From: Patescibacteria group bacterium
GTDB lineage: Bacteria > Patescibacteriota > Minisyncoccia > Phycocordibacterales > Phycocordibacteraceae
Assembly (NCBI GenBank): GCA_038057055.1
Contig: JBBUDY010000047.1
Span: 16,048-80,047, forward strand
Reading direction: 5' to 3'
DNA length: 64,000 nt
Below are positions 19,729 through 28,991 of this stretch, piece after piece. The first letter of the stretch is position 1, and each line of letters starts with the position of its first letter. The translations under genes were made by a program, and so were the position numbers. The notes under the pieces were generated by a model that was given only the letters and a program-made list of their open reading frames with translations, made no database searches and was not told where the DNA came from.

Positions 19729-20737
19729 ATTCATCCATTTCAGAGATACGTTTGTTGCGTGTTTCTTCGCGTATGGCTATTTCTTTGAAAACACGAATGT
19801 TGTAATAGTGGTCTTGATTGAGGTCGCCGATGACTTTCTTGTTGTCATGCAGGCTTAGTACAATGTGCTCTATGGAATAGCGGGGCTTGAAACCTAAAAC
19901 CTTTTCCGCTTTTAGAGTTGAGACCTTGTAATTACGCATATCGGCAATGTTCTTTATCTCCAGGTCAATCGTCTTACCTGAAAGTTTCTCTACACTTTTT
20001 TTAACTTTTTCCCCAACATCGCCAACCGAAAAATTACCGGACGCGACATTGAAAATGCCGTTTACGTGCCCCGGAGCTTTCGTTGCCATTACAAACGCTT
20101 GTGCGCAATCGCGTACGTCATAGATTGGCCTCCAAATAGCCGGATTGTTGACGGTAATCTTGCCGTCAATCATCGCGGTCTTGTACATGGTGTTCACTAT
20201 CAAATCCATGCGCATTCGCCTAGAGTACCCACAGACCGTTCCTTGGCGCAGGCTTATAACTGAAAAATTCTCATCTTGGAGGTCGAATACGCCACGTTCT
20301 CCTTGCAGTTTAGAAATACCGTAGGGGTAGTTGGATACGGCCGGCGACTCCTCATCAAATATTTTATCTTCAGTATAGCCATACACCGAACAAGAAGAGG
20401 CGTAGACAAAACGCTTCACCCCCGCTTTCTTTGCTATATAGGCCAGATACGAAGGCAGAGCAGCGTTCATAATGAAGTTCTTTGAAGGGCTGTGCTCGGC
20501 CATAGGGTCGTTCGAGAGGCCGGCTAAAAAGATGAAGGTATCAAAACCCACAAAGTCAGCTTCGGTACAGTCAAAGAGATCCCGCTGGCTGACTTTAACG
20601 CCTTTCGGCAAGTGATTGCCGAACCACAGGAGATCGATGACCTCCACTCCATAACCGGCCTTGACCAATAGGGGAACCAGCTGGGTACCAATGTATCCAG
20701 CACCGCCACCAACAAGAATTTTTTTCTTTTTTTTCAT
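19718..20737 (-). CDS. NAD-dependent epimerase/dehydratase
   Basis: GGAGYIG, LAGLSNDP, ASSCSVYG, YGISK, MRMDLIVN. Confidence 0.9.
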   Translation of the reverse strand: MKKKKKILVGGGAGYIGTQLVPLLVKAGYGVEVIDLLWFGNHLPKGVKVSQRDLFDCTEADFVGFDTFIFLAGLSNDPMAEHSPSKNFIMNAALPSYLAYIAKKAGVKRFVYASSCSVYGYTEDKIFDEESPAVSNYPYGISKLQGERGVFDLQDENFSVISLRQGTVCGYSRRMRMDLIVNTMYKTAMIDGKITVNNPAIWRPIYDVRDCAQAFVMATKAPGHVNGIFNVASGNFSVGDVGEKVKKSVEKLSGKTIDLEIKNIADMRNYKVSTLKAEKVLGFKPRYSIEHIVLSLHDNKKVIGDLNQDHYYNIRVFKEIAIREETRNKRISEMDEFKY

Positions 20738-20745
20738 AACTATAA

Positions 20746-21471
20746 TTACGAGCCAAATAATTTCTTGTACCGAGCGGTGTTGAGTGAGGCATCTTTGGGG
20801 ACCGCAAAATGCACGTCAGTGATGGATGCTTTACCGATTGGTTTTTTGCCGCCGAGCGCTTTAGCGTACTGATACACCGAGCGTCGTCGATGTCCTAAGT
20901 GAATGACACCACTTACTCCGGCTTTGAGTACAGTAACTATCTTCTTTGCTATCTCATCGACACTCTCGCGGCTTGTGTATTGGTCAACGAAAGCTTTCTC
21001 GTAGGGGAATACTTTCTCACCGAAAGAGGTTCTGATAATAAGATAGTCATCAAGCATACGGACTGCACATTCGCCAGCAAGTTTTGACCAGGCATATTTA
21101 TTCATGGGGAACACCAGGTCATCTTCTTTGTAATTGCCTTTATCGCCCCGAAACACATAGTCGGTGGAGATGTACACGAGTTTTATTTTGTAGCGCGAGC
21201 ACAGTTCGGCGATGACCGCCGTACCAATGATATTGACCTCTATAGCCTTTTGCGGGGTTTTATCTATAAGCGGAGGAGAAACGAATGCAGCAGCATGAAC
21301 AATCACCGAGGGACGGTGTGCGCGTATGTATCTTTCCATCTGTTTGTGGTCGGTGAGATTAAAAGAAGTAGAGCTTGGGAACTGTGCCTTTGGCAAAAGC
21401 TTTTTTAGTTCGGTGCCGAGGCGGCCACTACCGCCGGTGCACAAGACACTCTGTTGACTAAACCTTGCCAT
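20746..21471 (-). CDS. rmlD: dTDP-4-dehydrorhamnose reductase-like (RmlD)
   Basis: TGGSGRLG, VHAAA, YISTDYVFRGDKGNYKEDD, YAWSKLAGE; shorter than typical RmlD. Confidence 0.75.
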   Translation of the reverse strand: MARFSQQSVLCTGGSGRLGTELKKLLPKAQFPSSTSFNLTDHKQMERYIRAHRPSVIVHAAAFVSPPLIDKTPQKAIEVNIIGTAVIAELCSRYKIKLVYISTDYVFRGDKGNYKEDDLVFPMNKYAWSKLAGECAVRMLDDYLIIRTSFGEKVFPYEKAFVDQYTSRESVDEIAKKIVTVLKAGVSGVIHLGHRRRSVYQYAKALGGKKPIGKASITDVHFAVPKDASLNTARYKKLFGS

Positions 21472-22099
21472 AGATAAAATTGGATGAGCGCGCATCTGCG
21501 CTCCAATCCTTCACGCTTAAACCGAGACGATCTTTATCACTGATAAGGAGTTCTTCGGATGCAATGTTTTTATCGAGCTCGGCTTTTAACCCGACTTCTG
21601 CCAAGGACCAGTCAATATCCGGAGAGAGAGGTGAAATGCCGGCTTCGCAGCCCTGGCTGTATTCACCGGTGCACAAGTATTCAATCGCAGTTGGCTCTAA
21701 AAATAAATTGCCATGGGCAAACCCGGGAGGCGCCCAAATCCATTCACCCATGTCTGCGTCGACGCTTCGCGGCATGTCATACAAAATAGCTTTTCCATAG
21801 TTTGGCGAACCAAGGCGAATATCCATCACTATGTCAATCATATGTCCGAAAAGTGTCCTCACCATTTTGCCCATAAAAGGATTCCATTGGAAATGGAGCC
21901 CGCGGAGCGTGTGGGATTTTGAAAAACTTTCGTTTTCTTGTACGAAATCGCCACTCTTGGAAAAAGGAAGATCGGGGTGTGCGGTGAGATCGCTTTTACG
22001 ATAGGGTTCCGTGAAATATCCGCGATGATCTTTAAATAAGGCAAACTGCACGACTTTGATTTCGGGCAAGGCAAGGGTCTTAACGGAAAGTATTTTCAT
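21458..22099 (-). CDS. rmlC: dTDP-4-dehydrorhamnose 3,5-epimerase
   Basis: DHRGYFTE, QENESFS..TLRGLHFQ, DIRLGSPNYG, PPGFAHG, ISDKD. Confidence 0.9.
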   Translation of the reverse strand: MKILSVKTLALPEIKVVQFALFKDHRGYFTEPYRKSDLTAHPDLPFSKSGDFVQENESFSKSHTLRGLHFQWNPFMGKMVRTLFGHMIDIVMDIRLGSPNYGKAILYDMPRSVDADMGEWIWAPPGFAHGNLFLEPTAIEYLCTGEYSQGCEAGISPLSPDIDWSLAEVGLKAELDKNIASEELLISDKDRLGLSVKDWSADARSSNFIYGKV

Positions 22100-22207
22100 G
22101 GGTCCAGGATAGTCGTGGTTACGAGCGCTATCACGTTACTATACATAACTCTACAAGGTCTTACAAAAGTTACGGAAGAGGCCCTTTAGTACCTACCCCA
22201 CGAGCTA

Positions 22208-22254
22208 TTGACACAAGAGGCAGGGTGTGCTATCCTAGACGCAGATCTTTGAAA
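22208..22254 (+). promoter_or_regulatory. Sigma70-type promoter with extended -10 and a boxA-like sequence
   Basis: TTGACA 22208-22213, 17-nt spacer, TG-n-TATCCT 22231-22236, then GATCTTTGAAA 22244-22254. Confidence 0.7.
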
Positions 22255-22265
22255 GATTCAAAATA

Positions 22266-22329
22266 CATGAGACGAGCTGTTTACGGCTCAATTTTTACAA
22301 TCCACGGGCCGTAAACAGCTCGTCTCATG
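22266..22329. repeat. Perfect 22-bp inverted repeat (long hairpin) in the Nudix leader
   Basis: CATGAGACGAGCTGTTTACGGC (22266-22287) is the exact reverse complement of 22308-22329. Confidence 0.95.
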
Positions 22330-22377
22330 AAGGGTCGCAGTCGCTCGTCTGACGGTTCAGGCGCAAGGAGAGTCACG

Positions 22378-23073
22378 ATGTCGAACAAAATCGTTCCAAT
22401 TCCACAAGACGTCGAGCACACGTGGAAGATGGAAGTGGCACCGGGATTCTTCCGGGCCTCTAGCCCCCGGTTCGGCACGCTGACCTTCGGGCTTCGTCCT
22501 GAAGGGCCAAGTGCCGTCGGCTGGGCATGGAAGGAAATCGGCGGTGGCGGGGTGAATATTGTCCCGTACGTCGTCATCGAAGGTCTGTTGTACATCGGCA
22601 TGATTTACGAGAAGCGGCCGATGCTTCCGACGGGCTGGGGGTGGAATATCCCCCGAGGATTTCTCGAGCCGGGGTCTACGCCGCTTCAGTCGGCCCGGAA
22701 GGAGTGGGAAGAGGAGGTGGGGTCCTCGGCCGAGCGCTTGCAGCAGCTAAAGGGTTCACCGCAAAATCCGAACTCGACCTTCTTCGACATCTCGGACGGA
22801 AGCGGAACGCAGGTCTTCGGCTTCTTCACGAAGCCCGAGGAAGTCGAACAGGACGATCTCGTATTGATACCTGATCTCGGCAACGCCCCCGCCCCCAGCT
22901 TCGTCTTCGTCGGTAACCGCTTTACCCCCACGTCCAAGATGGGGGAAAAGATACTCGCGTGTCGCTTTTTCCCCTGGTGGGTTGCCGCGACGGGCGAGGA
23001 CGCGAACAGCTCAAGTGGATTCGCCAGACTGTTGGCGAATCATCGGGAACTCGCGAAGTTCCTCGACCAGTAA
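22378..23073 (+). CDS. Nudix hydrolase family protein (divergent Nudix box)
   Basis: WNIPRGFLEPGSTPLQSARKEWEEEVG; AAGGAG Shine-Dalgarno before ATG 22378; GC-rich. Confidence 0.75.
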   Translation: MSNKIVPIPQDVEHTWKMEVAPGFFRASSPRFGTLTFGLRPEGPSAVGWAWKEIGGGGVNIVPYVVIEGLLYIGMIYEKRPMLPTGWGWNIPRGFLEPGSTPLQSARKEWEEEVGSSAERLQQLKGSPQNPNSTFFDISDGSGTQVFGFFTKPEEVEQDDLVLIPDLGNAPAPSFVFVGNRFTPTSKMGEKILACRFFPWWVAATGEDANSSSGFARLLANHRELAKFLDQ

Positions 23074-23142
23074 CCGCCTCACCGGGCGGAAGAAAGGACC
23101 ACCGTCCTGGCTTCCCCTCGGTGCGGCGGTTCTTTCTTTTTT
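23072..23142 (+). terminator. Long interrupted hairpin plus U-tract (intrinsic terminator)
   Basis: Nested pairs AACCGCC/GGCGGTT, CACCG/CGGTG, GGAAG/CTTCC, AGGAC/GTCCT, then CTTTCTTTTTT. Confidence 0.75.
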
Positions 23143-23181
23143 GTGAGAGAGAACATAGAATAAGCAGAAAGAATTAACTCT

Positions 23182-24012
23182 ATGTCTGAAAAAGAAACGT
23201 ACATCGACTTATTGAAAAATGTGCTGCTCGATTACCATCGAACAGGAATGGAGTACAAGCCGCTTCAAGCTTTCAATCGTCATTGGAAAAATCGCTTGTT
23301 GCAGGTGATGGACAAGTATCTTCGTACGAAAGGATTCGCAGTCGTCCGTATGAATCCATATGAACACAGAGAAGGATATAAAGAAAATAGATTAAGACAT
23401 TTGGGGCCAGCGAGCGCTGAAACAATGATTGGCGTAGCGCGTATGGACAATATCGAGTATTGCATTCGAGAAATAGCAAAAAATAATGTCGAGGGAGATT
23501 TGATTGAGTGTGGAGTATGGAGAGGCGGAGCGACTATTTTTATGAAAGCATTGGTAGACGAACTCAAACTAAAAAAGACAGTATGGGTAGCTGATTCCTT
23601 CAAGGGTTTGCCGCGTCCTGATGAAAAGTATGCAGTAGAGAAAGACGACCACCACTACATTTTTGATGAGATGGCCGTTTCACTCGCAGAGGTAAAAGAA
23701 AACTTTCGAAAGTACGGTCTTTTGGATGAGAAGATCCAATTCCTTGAGGGATGGTTTAAGGACACGCTTCCCACTGCGTCAATTGAGAAACTGGCGTTAC
23801 TTCGCGCCGACGGAGACATGTACAGCTCTACCATTCAAATCCTAGAAAATCTCTACCCGAAGCTTTCCAGTGGAGGGTACTGCATTATTGATGACTACGG
23901 TATGATACCGAACTGTCGCAAAGCAGTCGATGACTATAGAGAGGCGCACAACATAACAGAAAAGATTATTTCTATTGACGAGGAAGGGGTGTACTGGAAA
24001 AAATTGAAGTAG
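23182..24012 (+). CDS. TylF/MycF/NovP family sugar O-methyltransferase
   Basis: ETMIG, GDLIECGVWRGG, ADSFKGLP, GWFKDTLP, LRADGDMYSST, IIDDY. Confidence 0.92.
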   Translation: MSEKETYIDLLKNVLLDYHRTGMEYKPLQAFNRHWKNRLLQVMDKYLRTKGFAVVRMNPYEHREGYKENRLRHLGPASAETMIGVARMDNIEYCIREIAKNNVEGDLIECGVWRGGATIFMKALVDELKLKKTVWVADSFKGLPRPDEKYAVEKDDHHYIFDEMAVSLAEVKENFRKYGLLDEKIQFLEGWFKDTLPTASIEKLALLRADGDMYSSTIQILENLYPKLSSGGYCIIDDYGMIPNCRKAVDDYREAHNITEKIISIDEEGVYWKKLK

Positions 24013-24026
24013 AAAGTCCATACAGA

Positions 24027-24055
24027 TTGATTAGATTGTATTTTTAAAGTATCAT
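24027..24055 (+). promoter_or_regulatory. Promoter giving a probably leaderless rmlB transcript
   Basis: TTGATT, 17 nt, TATCAT, 6 nt, then ATG 24062; no SD. Confidence 0.55.
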
Positions 24056-24061
24056 CACGCG

Positions 24062-25084
24062 ATGAAAGGATTCGGTTCGTCAACTATTCTAGTATGTGGG
24101 GGAGCCGGATTTATTGGCTCTAATTTTATCCGACAAGTGCTGTCTACGTCGGCGAAAGCAAGAATCGTCTGTGTTGATGCACTCACCTATGCCGGCAACA
24201 AGGAAAATCTGAAAGGACTTCCCGCAAAACGTTTTACCTTTATCAAGGGAGACATTACGGACCGGGTGCCCATGAAGCGACTTTTCGAAAAATATGCACC
24301 CGACTATGTAATCAATTTTGCCGCGGAGTCGCATGTTGACCGAAGCATCCATGTTGGTGCCGAAGCATTCGTTCATACGAACGTACTCGGCACCACCGTG
24401 CTATTTGAAGCACTTCGGCACACACCGTCGATACAGAAATTCGTGCACGTGAGTACGGACGAGGTATATGGCGCATTGCCGCTTGGCTCGAAGAAGAAGT
24501 TTACCGAGCAATCGCCGCTTGCACCCAACTCCCCGTATGCTGCTTCGAAAGCGTCTGCGGATCTTGTTGCGCGCGCATATCATGTCACCTACGGGTCGCC
24601 GATTGTGGTTACGCGTTGTTCCAACAATTACGGTCCCTACCAGCACCCGGAAAAGCTCATACCGTACTCCATAACGCGACTGATAGAAGGGAAACCGATA
24701 GCGATATACGGGGACGGAAAATATGTACGCGACTGGATTCACGTTGAAGACCATTGTTCAGCCCTCGCTCTTGCTCTCCTCAATGGTGTGCCCGGCGAAG
24801 TTTACAATATCGGCGCAGATGATGAGATAGATAACCTCACGCTCGCAGAGCGAATGCTCAACTATTTCAAGAAAGACACATCAGCCATTGTATTTGTGAA
24901 GGATAGACCGGGCCACGATCGCCGATACGCCATCAACGCTTCAAAAATAAAAAATGAGCTCGGATGGAAGTCGACGCACTCGCTCCGTACTTCATTTGAA
25001 CCGACTATCGCGTGGTACGTGGAGAATATGAATTGGGTGCGTCGTGCACTCATGCGCGCAGGGAGAGCAAATACACACATATAG
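24062..25084 (+). CDS. rmlB: dTDP-glucose 4,6-dehydratase
   Basis: GGAGFIGSNF, DALTYAGN, NFAAESHVDRSI, STDEVYG, PYAASK, NNYGPYQHPEK, DRPGHDRRYA. Confidence 0.95.
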   Translation: MKGFGSSTILVCGGAGFIGSNFIRQVLSTSAKARIVCVDALTYAGNKENLKGLPAKRFTFIKGDITDRVPMKRLFEKYAPDYVINFAAESHVDRSIHVGAEAFVHTNVLGTTVLFEALRHTPSIQKFVHVSTDEVYGALPLGSKKKFTEQSPLAPNSPYAASKASADLVARAYHVTYGSPIVVTRCSNNYGPYQHPEKLIPYSITRLIEGKPIAIYGDGKYVRDWIHVEDHCSALALALLNGVPGEVYNIGADDEIDNLTLAERMLNYFKKDTSAIVFVKDRPGHDRRYAINASKIKNELGWKSTHSLRTSFEPTIAWYVENMNWVRRALMRAGRANTHI

Positions 25085-25087
25085 TCT

Positions 25088-25918
25088 TTATAAAGATAGA
25101 GTCCGCAGACCCTCTCTGAAAGAGCGCGGATGGAATGACAAATCCTCTTGAGCAAGAGAGTTGTCATAATTCTTCGCACATTTGAGCCTACACACTTGAT
25201 CGGAGGCGGTGGCGAATAGGAAAGAAAGGAAAAGAGGGAGGGGGAAAAGCAGAACCCTTTCCCCAAAGGTTGAGGCGATAGTTTCTACCACCTCGCGAAA
25301 AGAGAGAACTGAGGGTCCGGCGAGGATGTACGTTTTATTCTGGGGAGAGAGGGTAACCGCACGGACAATGGCTTGTATCGCGTCATCTGCATAAAGAGGC
25401 GCTAACACCGTACGGGGAATGTACGGAGCGATAGGGAAGCGACGAACGAGAGAAATGAGTTTTGATATCCCCTCATTACTTGCTCCTCCATAAATCTCGG
25501 ATGGTCGGATGATAGTAAAAGGGAGCCCGCTTTCTCTCACTATTTTTTCCGCCTCTGCTTTTGAAGCTCCGTAGCTACCACAGTCGGCACCCAAGGCGGC
25601 GGTGCTGATGTACACGAAATGCGATGCCCGAGCAGCACACGCAGCTTGAACGACACGCAAGGTGAAGACGACATTGCTTTCCACATACACCTTCTGACTC
25701 GCGTGCGTTGCTGCCGCGGCGTGGATGACGGTGGCGCCCTTGGCGATGGTAACAGTAGAAACTATTCGGACGTCAGCGAGCTTCGGGAGCGGTCGGCGGT
25801 GTTGAAGCAGCTCCATGCGGGCGGCGGGAAATTCTTTCCGTAATGCAGAGACAATCGAAGCGCCGAGGAAACCCGAAGCGCCAGTGATAAAGAACGACCT
25901 AGCGTTTTCGGAATTCAT
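25088..25918 (-). CDS. NAD-dependent epimerase/dehydratase family protein
   Basis: ITGASGFLG, IHAAA, YGASKAEAE, IRPSEIYG. Confidence 0.85.
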   Translation of the reverse strand: MNSENARSFFITGASGFLGASIVSALRKEFPAARMELLQHRRPLPKLADVRIVSTVTIAKGATVIHAAAATHASQKVYVESNVVFTLRVVQAACAARASHFVYISTAALGADCGSYGASKAEAEKIVRESGLPFTIIRPSEIYGGASNEGISKLISLVRRFPIAPYIPRTVLAPLYADDAIQAIVRAVTLSPQNKTYILAGPSVLSFREVVETIASTFGERVLLFPLPLFLSFLFATASDQVCRLKCAKNYDNSLAQEDLSFHPRSFREGLRTLSL

Positions 25919-26633
25919 GCATTCTGGTGCACCGATAGACAATGATATTTTTCAGGAATTCCAGGATTGCCGTAGTGCGGATGAAGGAACGACGATGCTT
26001 ATTTTCATGGAAAACGGTCGGTACTTCAATGATGCGAAAACCAAGATAACTCGCCTGAATCATCATTTCTGCATCGGCGAACCAATCTGTAGATTTCAAA
26101 TCAAGTTTTGCATATGCCTCTCGAGTGAATATTTTAGGTTTTGAATTGATATCGTGAAGATGGATTTTCGGAAAAAAGACCTTCAAAAGAGCGTTGAAGA
26201 CTTTCGAAATGAGCTTGCGCTTCCACCCATCGAATCTCCCGACTCGGTATGTCTTCGCACAGTCATACGTACCAGAACGGAGCTCCGTATAAATGCGAAT
26301 GACATCTTCTGCCGGCATTTGGCCGTCACCATCAATGAGTGCGATTGTCTTGCCGGTAGCGGCCACAAGACCGCTGTTGAGGTCCCAGCCCATCATACCT
26401 TCTTTTGGCTTACAGACGACGATGATATGCGGATCACGCTCGGCAAGTTCTTTCACCACCATTGGTGTCTGGTCCGTGTTTTTTTCGTGCGCATTGTAAT
26501 TGGCGACCAAAACCAGTTCATAGGAAAGACCATGAGTCTCAAGAAGCTCTTTCATTTCTCTCACGAATTCTGAAATGGAGGAGGCCGCTTTGTAGCAGAG
26601 AATAACGACCGAAATGTCGGCAGCTTTTTCCAT
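25899..26633 (-). CDS. GT2 glycosyltransferase (polyprenol-phosphate glycosyltransferase-like)
   Basis: ISVVILCY, LIDGDGQ, DINSKPKIF, WFADAE, IIEVP. Confidence 0.8.
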   Translation of the reverse strand: MEKAADISVVILCYKAASSISEFVREMKELLETHGLSYELVLVANYNAHEKNTDQTPMVVKELAERDPHIIVVCKPKEGMMGWDLNSGLVAATGKTIALIDGDGQMPAEDVIRIYTELRSGTYDCAKTYRVGRFDGWKRKLISKVFNALLKVFFPKIHLHDINSKPKIFTREAYAKLDLKSTDWFADAEMMIQASYLGFRIIEVPTVFHENKHRRSFIRTTAILEFLKNIIVYRCTRMHEFRKR

Positions 26634-26715
26634 AAAAGCTAGTTTACCACGCCACCTTGATTCGAGGTCGGAAAGTGTTACACTCGAGCGCATATCCACT
26701 TCGTGGCACACCGAT

Positions 26716-27996
26716 ATGAAATTGACCTATCCGAAACACCATTTCGTCAAAACAGGACCCCTCACCCATTGCCAGATTTGCAATTCATCTAAATTGCATC
26801 TCATTCTTGATCTTGGACATCAGCCACCGTGCGATTCCCTGCTCACGAAAGAGATGTTGAACGAACCAGAAACGACCTATCCTTTGCGTATGGTGTGGTG
26901 TGAGAAATGCACCGGTGTCCAGATAGATTACTGCGTCGATGGGAAGGTAGTCTATCATCCGGGATACCCGTATCGAAGTGGCATCTCCAAGCCACTCGCC
27001 GACTATCAGCGGCTGATTAGTCACTCCCTCATTGAGAAATACCATTTGAATAAAAATGATCTCGTTATCGATGTCGGCTCGAATGACGGTACACTCTTGA
27101 GCGGTTTTAGGAAGAAAGGCATCAAGATTCTCGGCGTTGAGCCGACCAATATTGCCAAATATGCGAATGCGCACGGCATCAAAACACTTCAATCTTTTTT
27201 TGATATTAAGACCTCTGAAAAGATAAAAAGGGAATACGGCAAGGCCGCGGTCATCACGACCACAAATGTCTTCGCGCATATGCAGACGATTGGCGAGGTT
27301 ATTATGGGGGTCTATAATCTGCTCGAAGATGATGGCGTGTTTATTTCTGAAACGCATTATTTGCTCGACGCGATACAGGGCGGTCAATTTGACACTATTT
27401 ACCACGAACACCTGCGAACTTATTCATTAACGTCTCTCATCGCTTTGTTCAAACAGTACGACTTTACCGTAACTGATGCGGAGCGCGGTACCAGGTACGG
27501 CGGCAATATCCGTGTCCATGTCACAAAGGGTAAGAATAGACCCGTAAGTATGAACGTGGCTCGCTTATTGAAACTAGAAAAGGCTGTGGGATTGGGCAAG
27601 ATACAAACCTATGAGAAGTTTGCACGACGGGTGAAAAAGGCACGTCTTGAGTTTATGGAATTTCTCATCAAGACTAAAAAATCTGGGAAATCTATCGTTG
27701 GCAAGTCGTCTCCCGGGCGTGCGGCAACGTTGCTTAACTACTACGGTGTCGATAAGGAAATGATCCCGTACATTGGCGAAGTCGATAAGGGTTTGAAGAT
27801 AGGTATGTACCTGCCGGGGAAACATATTCCTATCGTGCACGAAAAAATACTCTTCAAAGATAAACCTGCCTACGTGGTAATGCTTGCGTGGCACTACGGA
27901 GAATTCATTATGAAGCGATTGAAAGCGGCGGGATTGAAATCCGATTTTGTCATCCCATTGCCCGATTTCCGCATCGTTAAAAACTCAAAAGTGTAG
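26716..27996 (+). CDS. NDP-hexose C-methyltransferase (TylC3/NovU-like)
   Basis: Zn motifs CQIC and CEKC, YPYRSG, IDVGSNDGTLL, GVEP, NVFAH, QFDTIYHEH, GKHIPI, LAWHY. Confidence 0.9.
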   Translation: MKLTYPKHHFVKTGPLTHCQICNSSKLHLILDLGHQPPCDSLLTKEMLNEPETTYPLRMVWCEKCTGVQIDYCVDGKVVYHPGYPYRSGISKPLADYQRLISHSLIEKYHLNKNDLVIDVGSNDGTLLSGFRKKGIKILGVEPTNIAKYANAHGIKTLQSFFDIKTSEKIKREYGKAAVITTTNVFAHMQTIGEVIMGVYNLLEDDGVFISETHYLLDAIQGGQFDTIYHEHLRTYSLTSLIALFKQYDFTVTDAERGTRYGGNIRVHVTKGKNRPVSMNVARLLKLEKAVGLGKIQTYEKFARRVKKARLEFMEFLIKTKKSGKSIVGKSSPGRAATLLNYYGVDKEMIPYIGEVDKGLKIGMYLPGKHIPIVHEKILFKDKPAYVVMLAWHYGEFIMKRLKAAGLKSDFVIPLPDFRIVKNSKV

Positions 27997-27997
27997 T

Positions 27998-28951
27998 GTG
28001 TTGAATATCGGCATCATTGGTTCTGGTTTTGGGACGACAGGCTTATTACCGGCTTTTACGTCTGTAAAAGGATGCAGGGTCGTTGGTGTTTGTACGAAAA
28101 GGACAGATTGGCGAGCCTTTCTCAAGAGAGAAGACATTGATGCTATTGCGATAGCCGTCCCTCCCCGTGCCCAATATGAGATTACGAAAGTAGCCATAGC
28201 AAAAGGGTTGCATGTGTTTGCCGAGAAGCCACTCGCCGCTACGGTTGTGCAGGCACGAGCATTACTCGCGCTCGCGCGAAAGAAAAAGATTGTGCACGGC
28301 ATTGATTTTATGTTTCCCGAAATAGCAGAATGGAAGAAGGTAAAGCGACTGCTTGATTCAAAAAAGTTCGGGAAACTGAAGCATGTCTCGGTGGAGTGGA
28401 GGTGGCTGAGTGGCGATATACGTTTTAAGAAATGGTCTTGGAGAACTAAAATTAAAGAAGGGGGTGGGGCATTATCCTTTTATTTCTCTCATGGTTTGCA
28501 TTATCTTGAGCATTTTGCGGGTGAAATCGTTGAAGCAAAAACTTTGTTTGAATATACGCCTCAAAATCCTAATGATGGTGAGTCCGGCTTTGATATGTCT
28601 CTGAAGTTTAAAAAGGGGATTACCGGAGACGTTCACCTCTCATCCAATTCTCGCGGGTCAGCGAAGCATAAGCTTGTTTTTACCTGCGAGCGTGGAAGGA
28701 TTGTACTCGAAAACAAAAATGCAGTGGTCGATAACTTCACGGTAAAAACATATGGTGAGACGGGGAAGAAGCGTGTAAAAGTACTGAAAGATGTACAGCT
28801 AAAAAATGAGGATGAGCGGGTAAAGATTGTAAGGATATTGGCGAAAAGATTCGTACATGCCTGTGCGCGCCACGTGCAGATGTCGCCCTCCTTCGTCGAA
28901 GGCCTGCGCGTGCAGGAGTTGATAGAGAAGGTTCGCGCACGCAAAATGTAA
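27998..28951 (+). CDS. Gfo/Idh/MocA family oxidoreductase
   Basis: IGIIGSGFG, AVPP, HVFAEKPLA, GGGAL; probable GTG start. Confidence 0.85.
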   Translation: MLNIGIIGSGFGTTGLLPAFTSVKGCRVVGVCTKRTDWRAFLKREDIDAIAIAVPPRAQYEITKVAIAKGLHVFAEKPLAATVVQARALLALARKKKIVHGIDFMFPEIAEWKKVKRLLDSKKFGKLKHVSVEWRWLSGDIRFKKWSWRTKIKEGGGALSFYFSHGLHYLEHFAGEIVEAKTLFEYTPQNPNDGESGFDMSLKFKKGITGDVHLSSNSRGSAKHKLVFTCERGRIVLENKNAVVDNFTVKTYGETGKKRVKVLKDVQLKNEDERVKIVRILAKRFVHACARHVQMSPSFVEGLRVQELIEKVRARKM

Positions 28952-28991
28952 CTTTTGTGACTTATCAGATGTACTATATTCACATAGTCTT

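Noticed and set aside
5349-20734. Phase-variable homopolymer tracts (C7 near 5349 and 10164; A-rich start of the 20737 gene)
   Set aside because: Tracts are short and the frames are intact; no evidence of slippage
22266-22329. CRISPR repeat or IS end
   Set aside because: A single inverted pair with no spacer array, no transposase and no evident target-site duplication
23068-23135. Integron attC site (TAAC...GTT imperfect hairpin overlapping the stop codon)
   Set aside because: Ends do not fit RYYYAAC/GTTRRRY, there is no unpaired spacer next to the core, a U-tract follows, the gene has its own promoter, and no integrase is in the window
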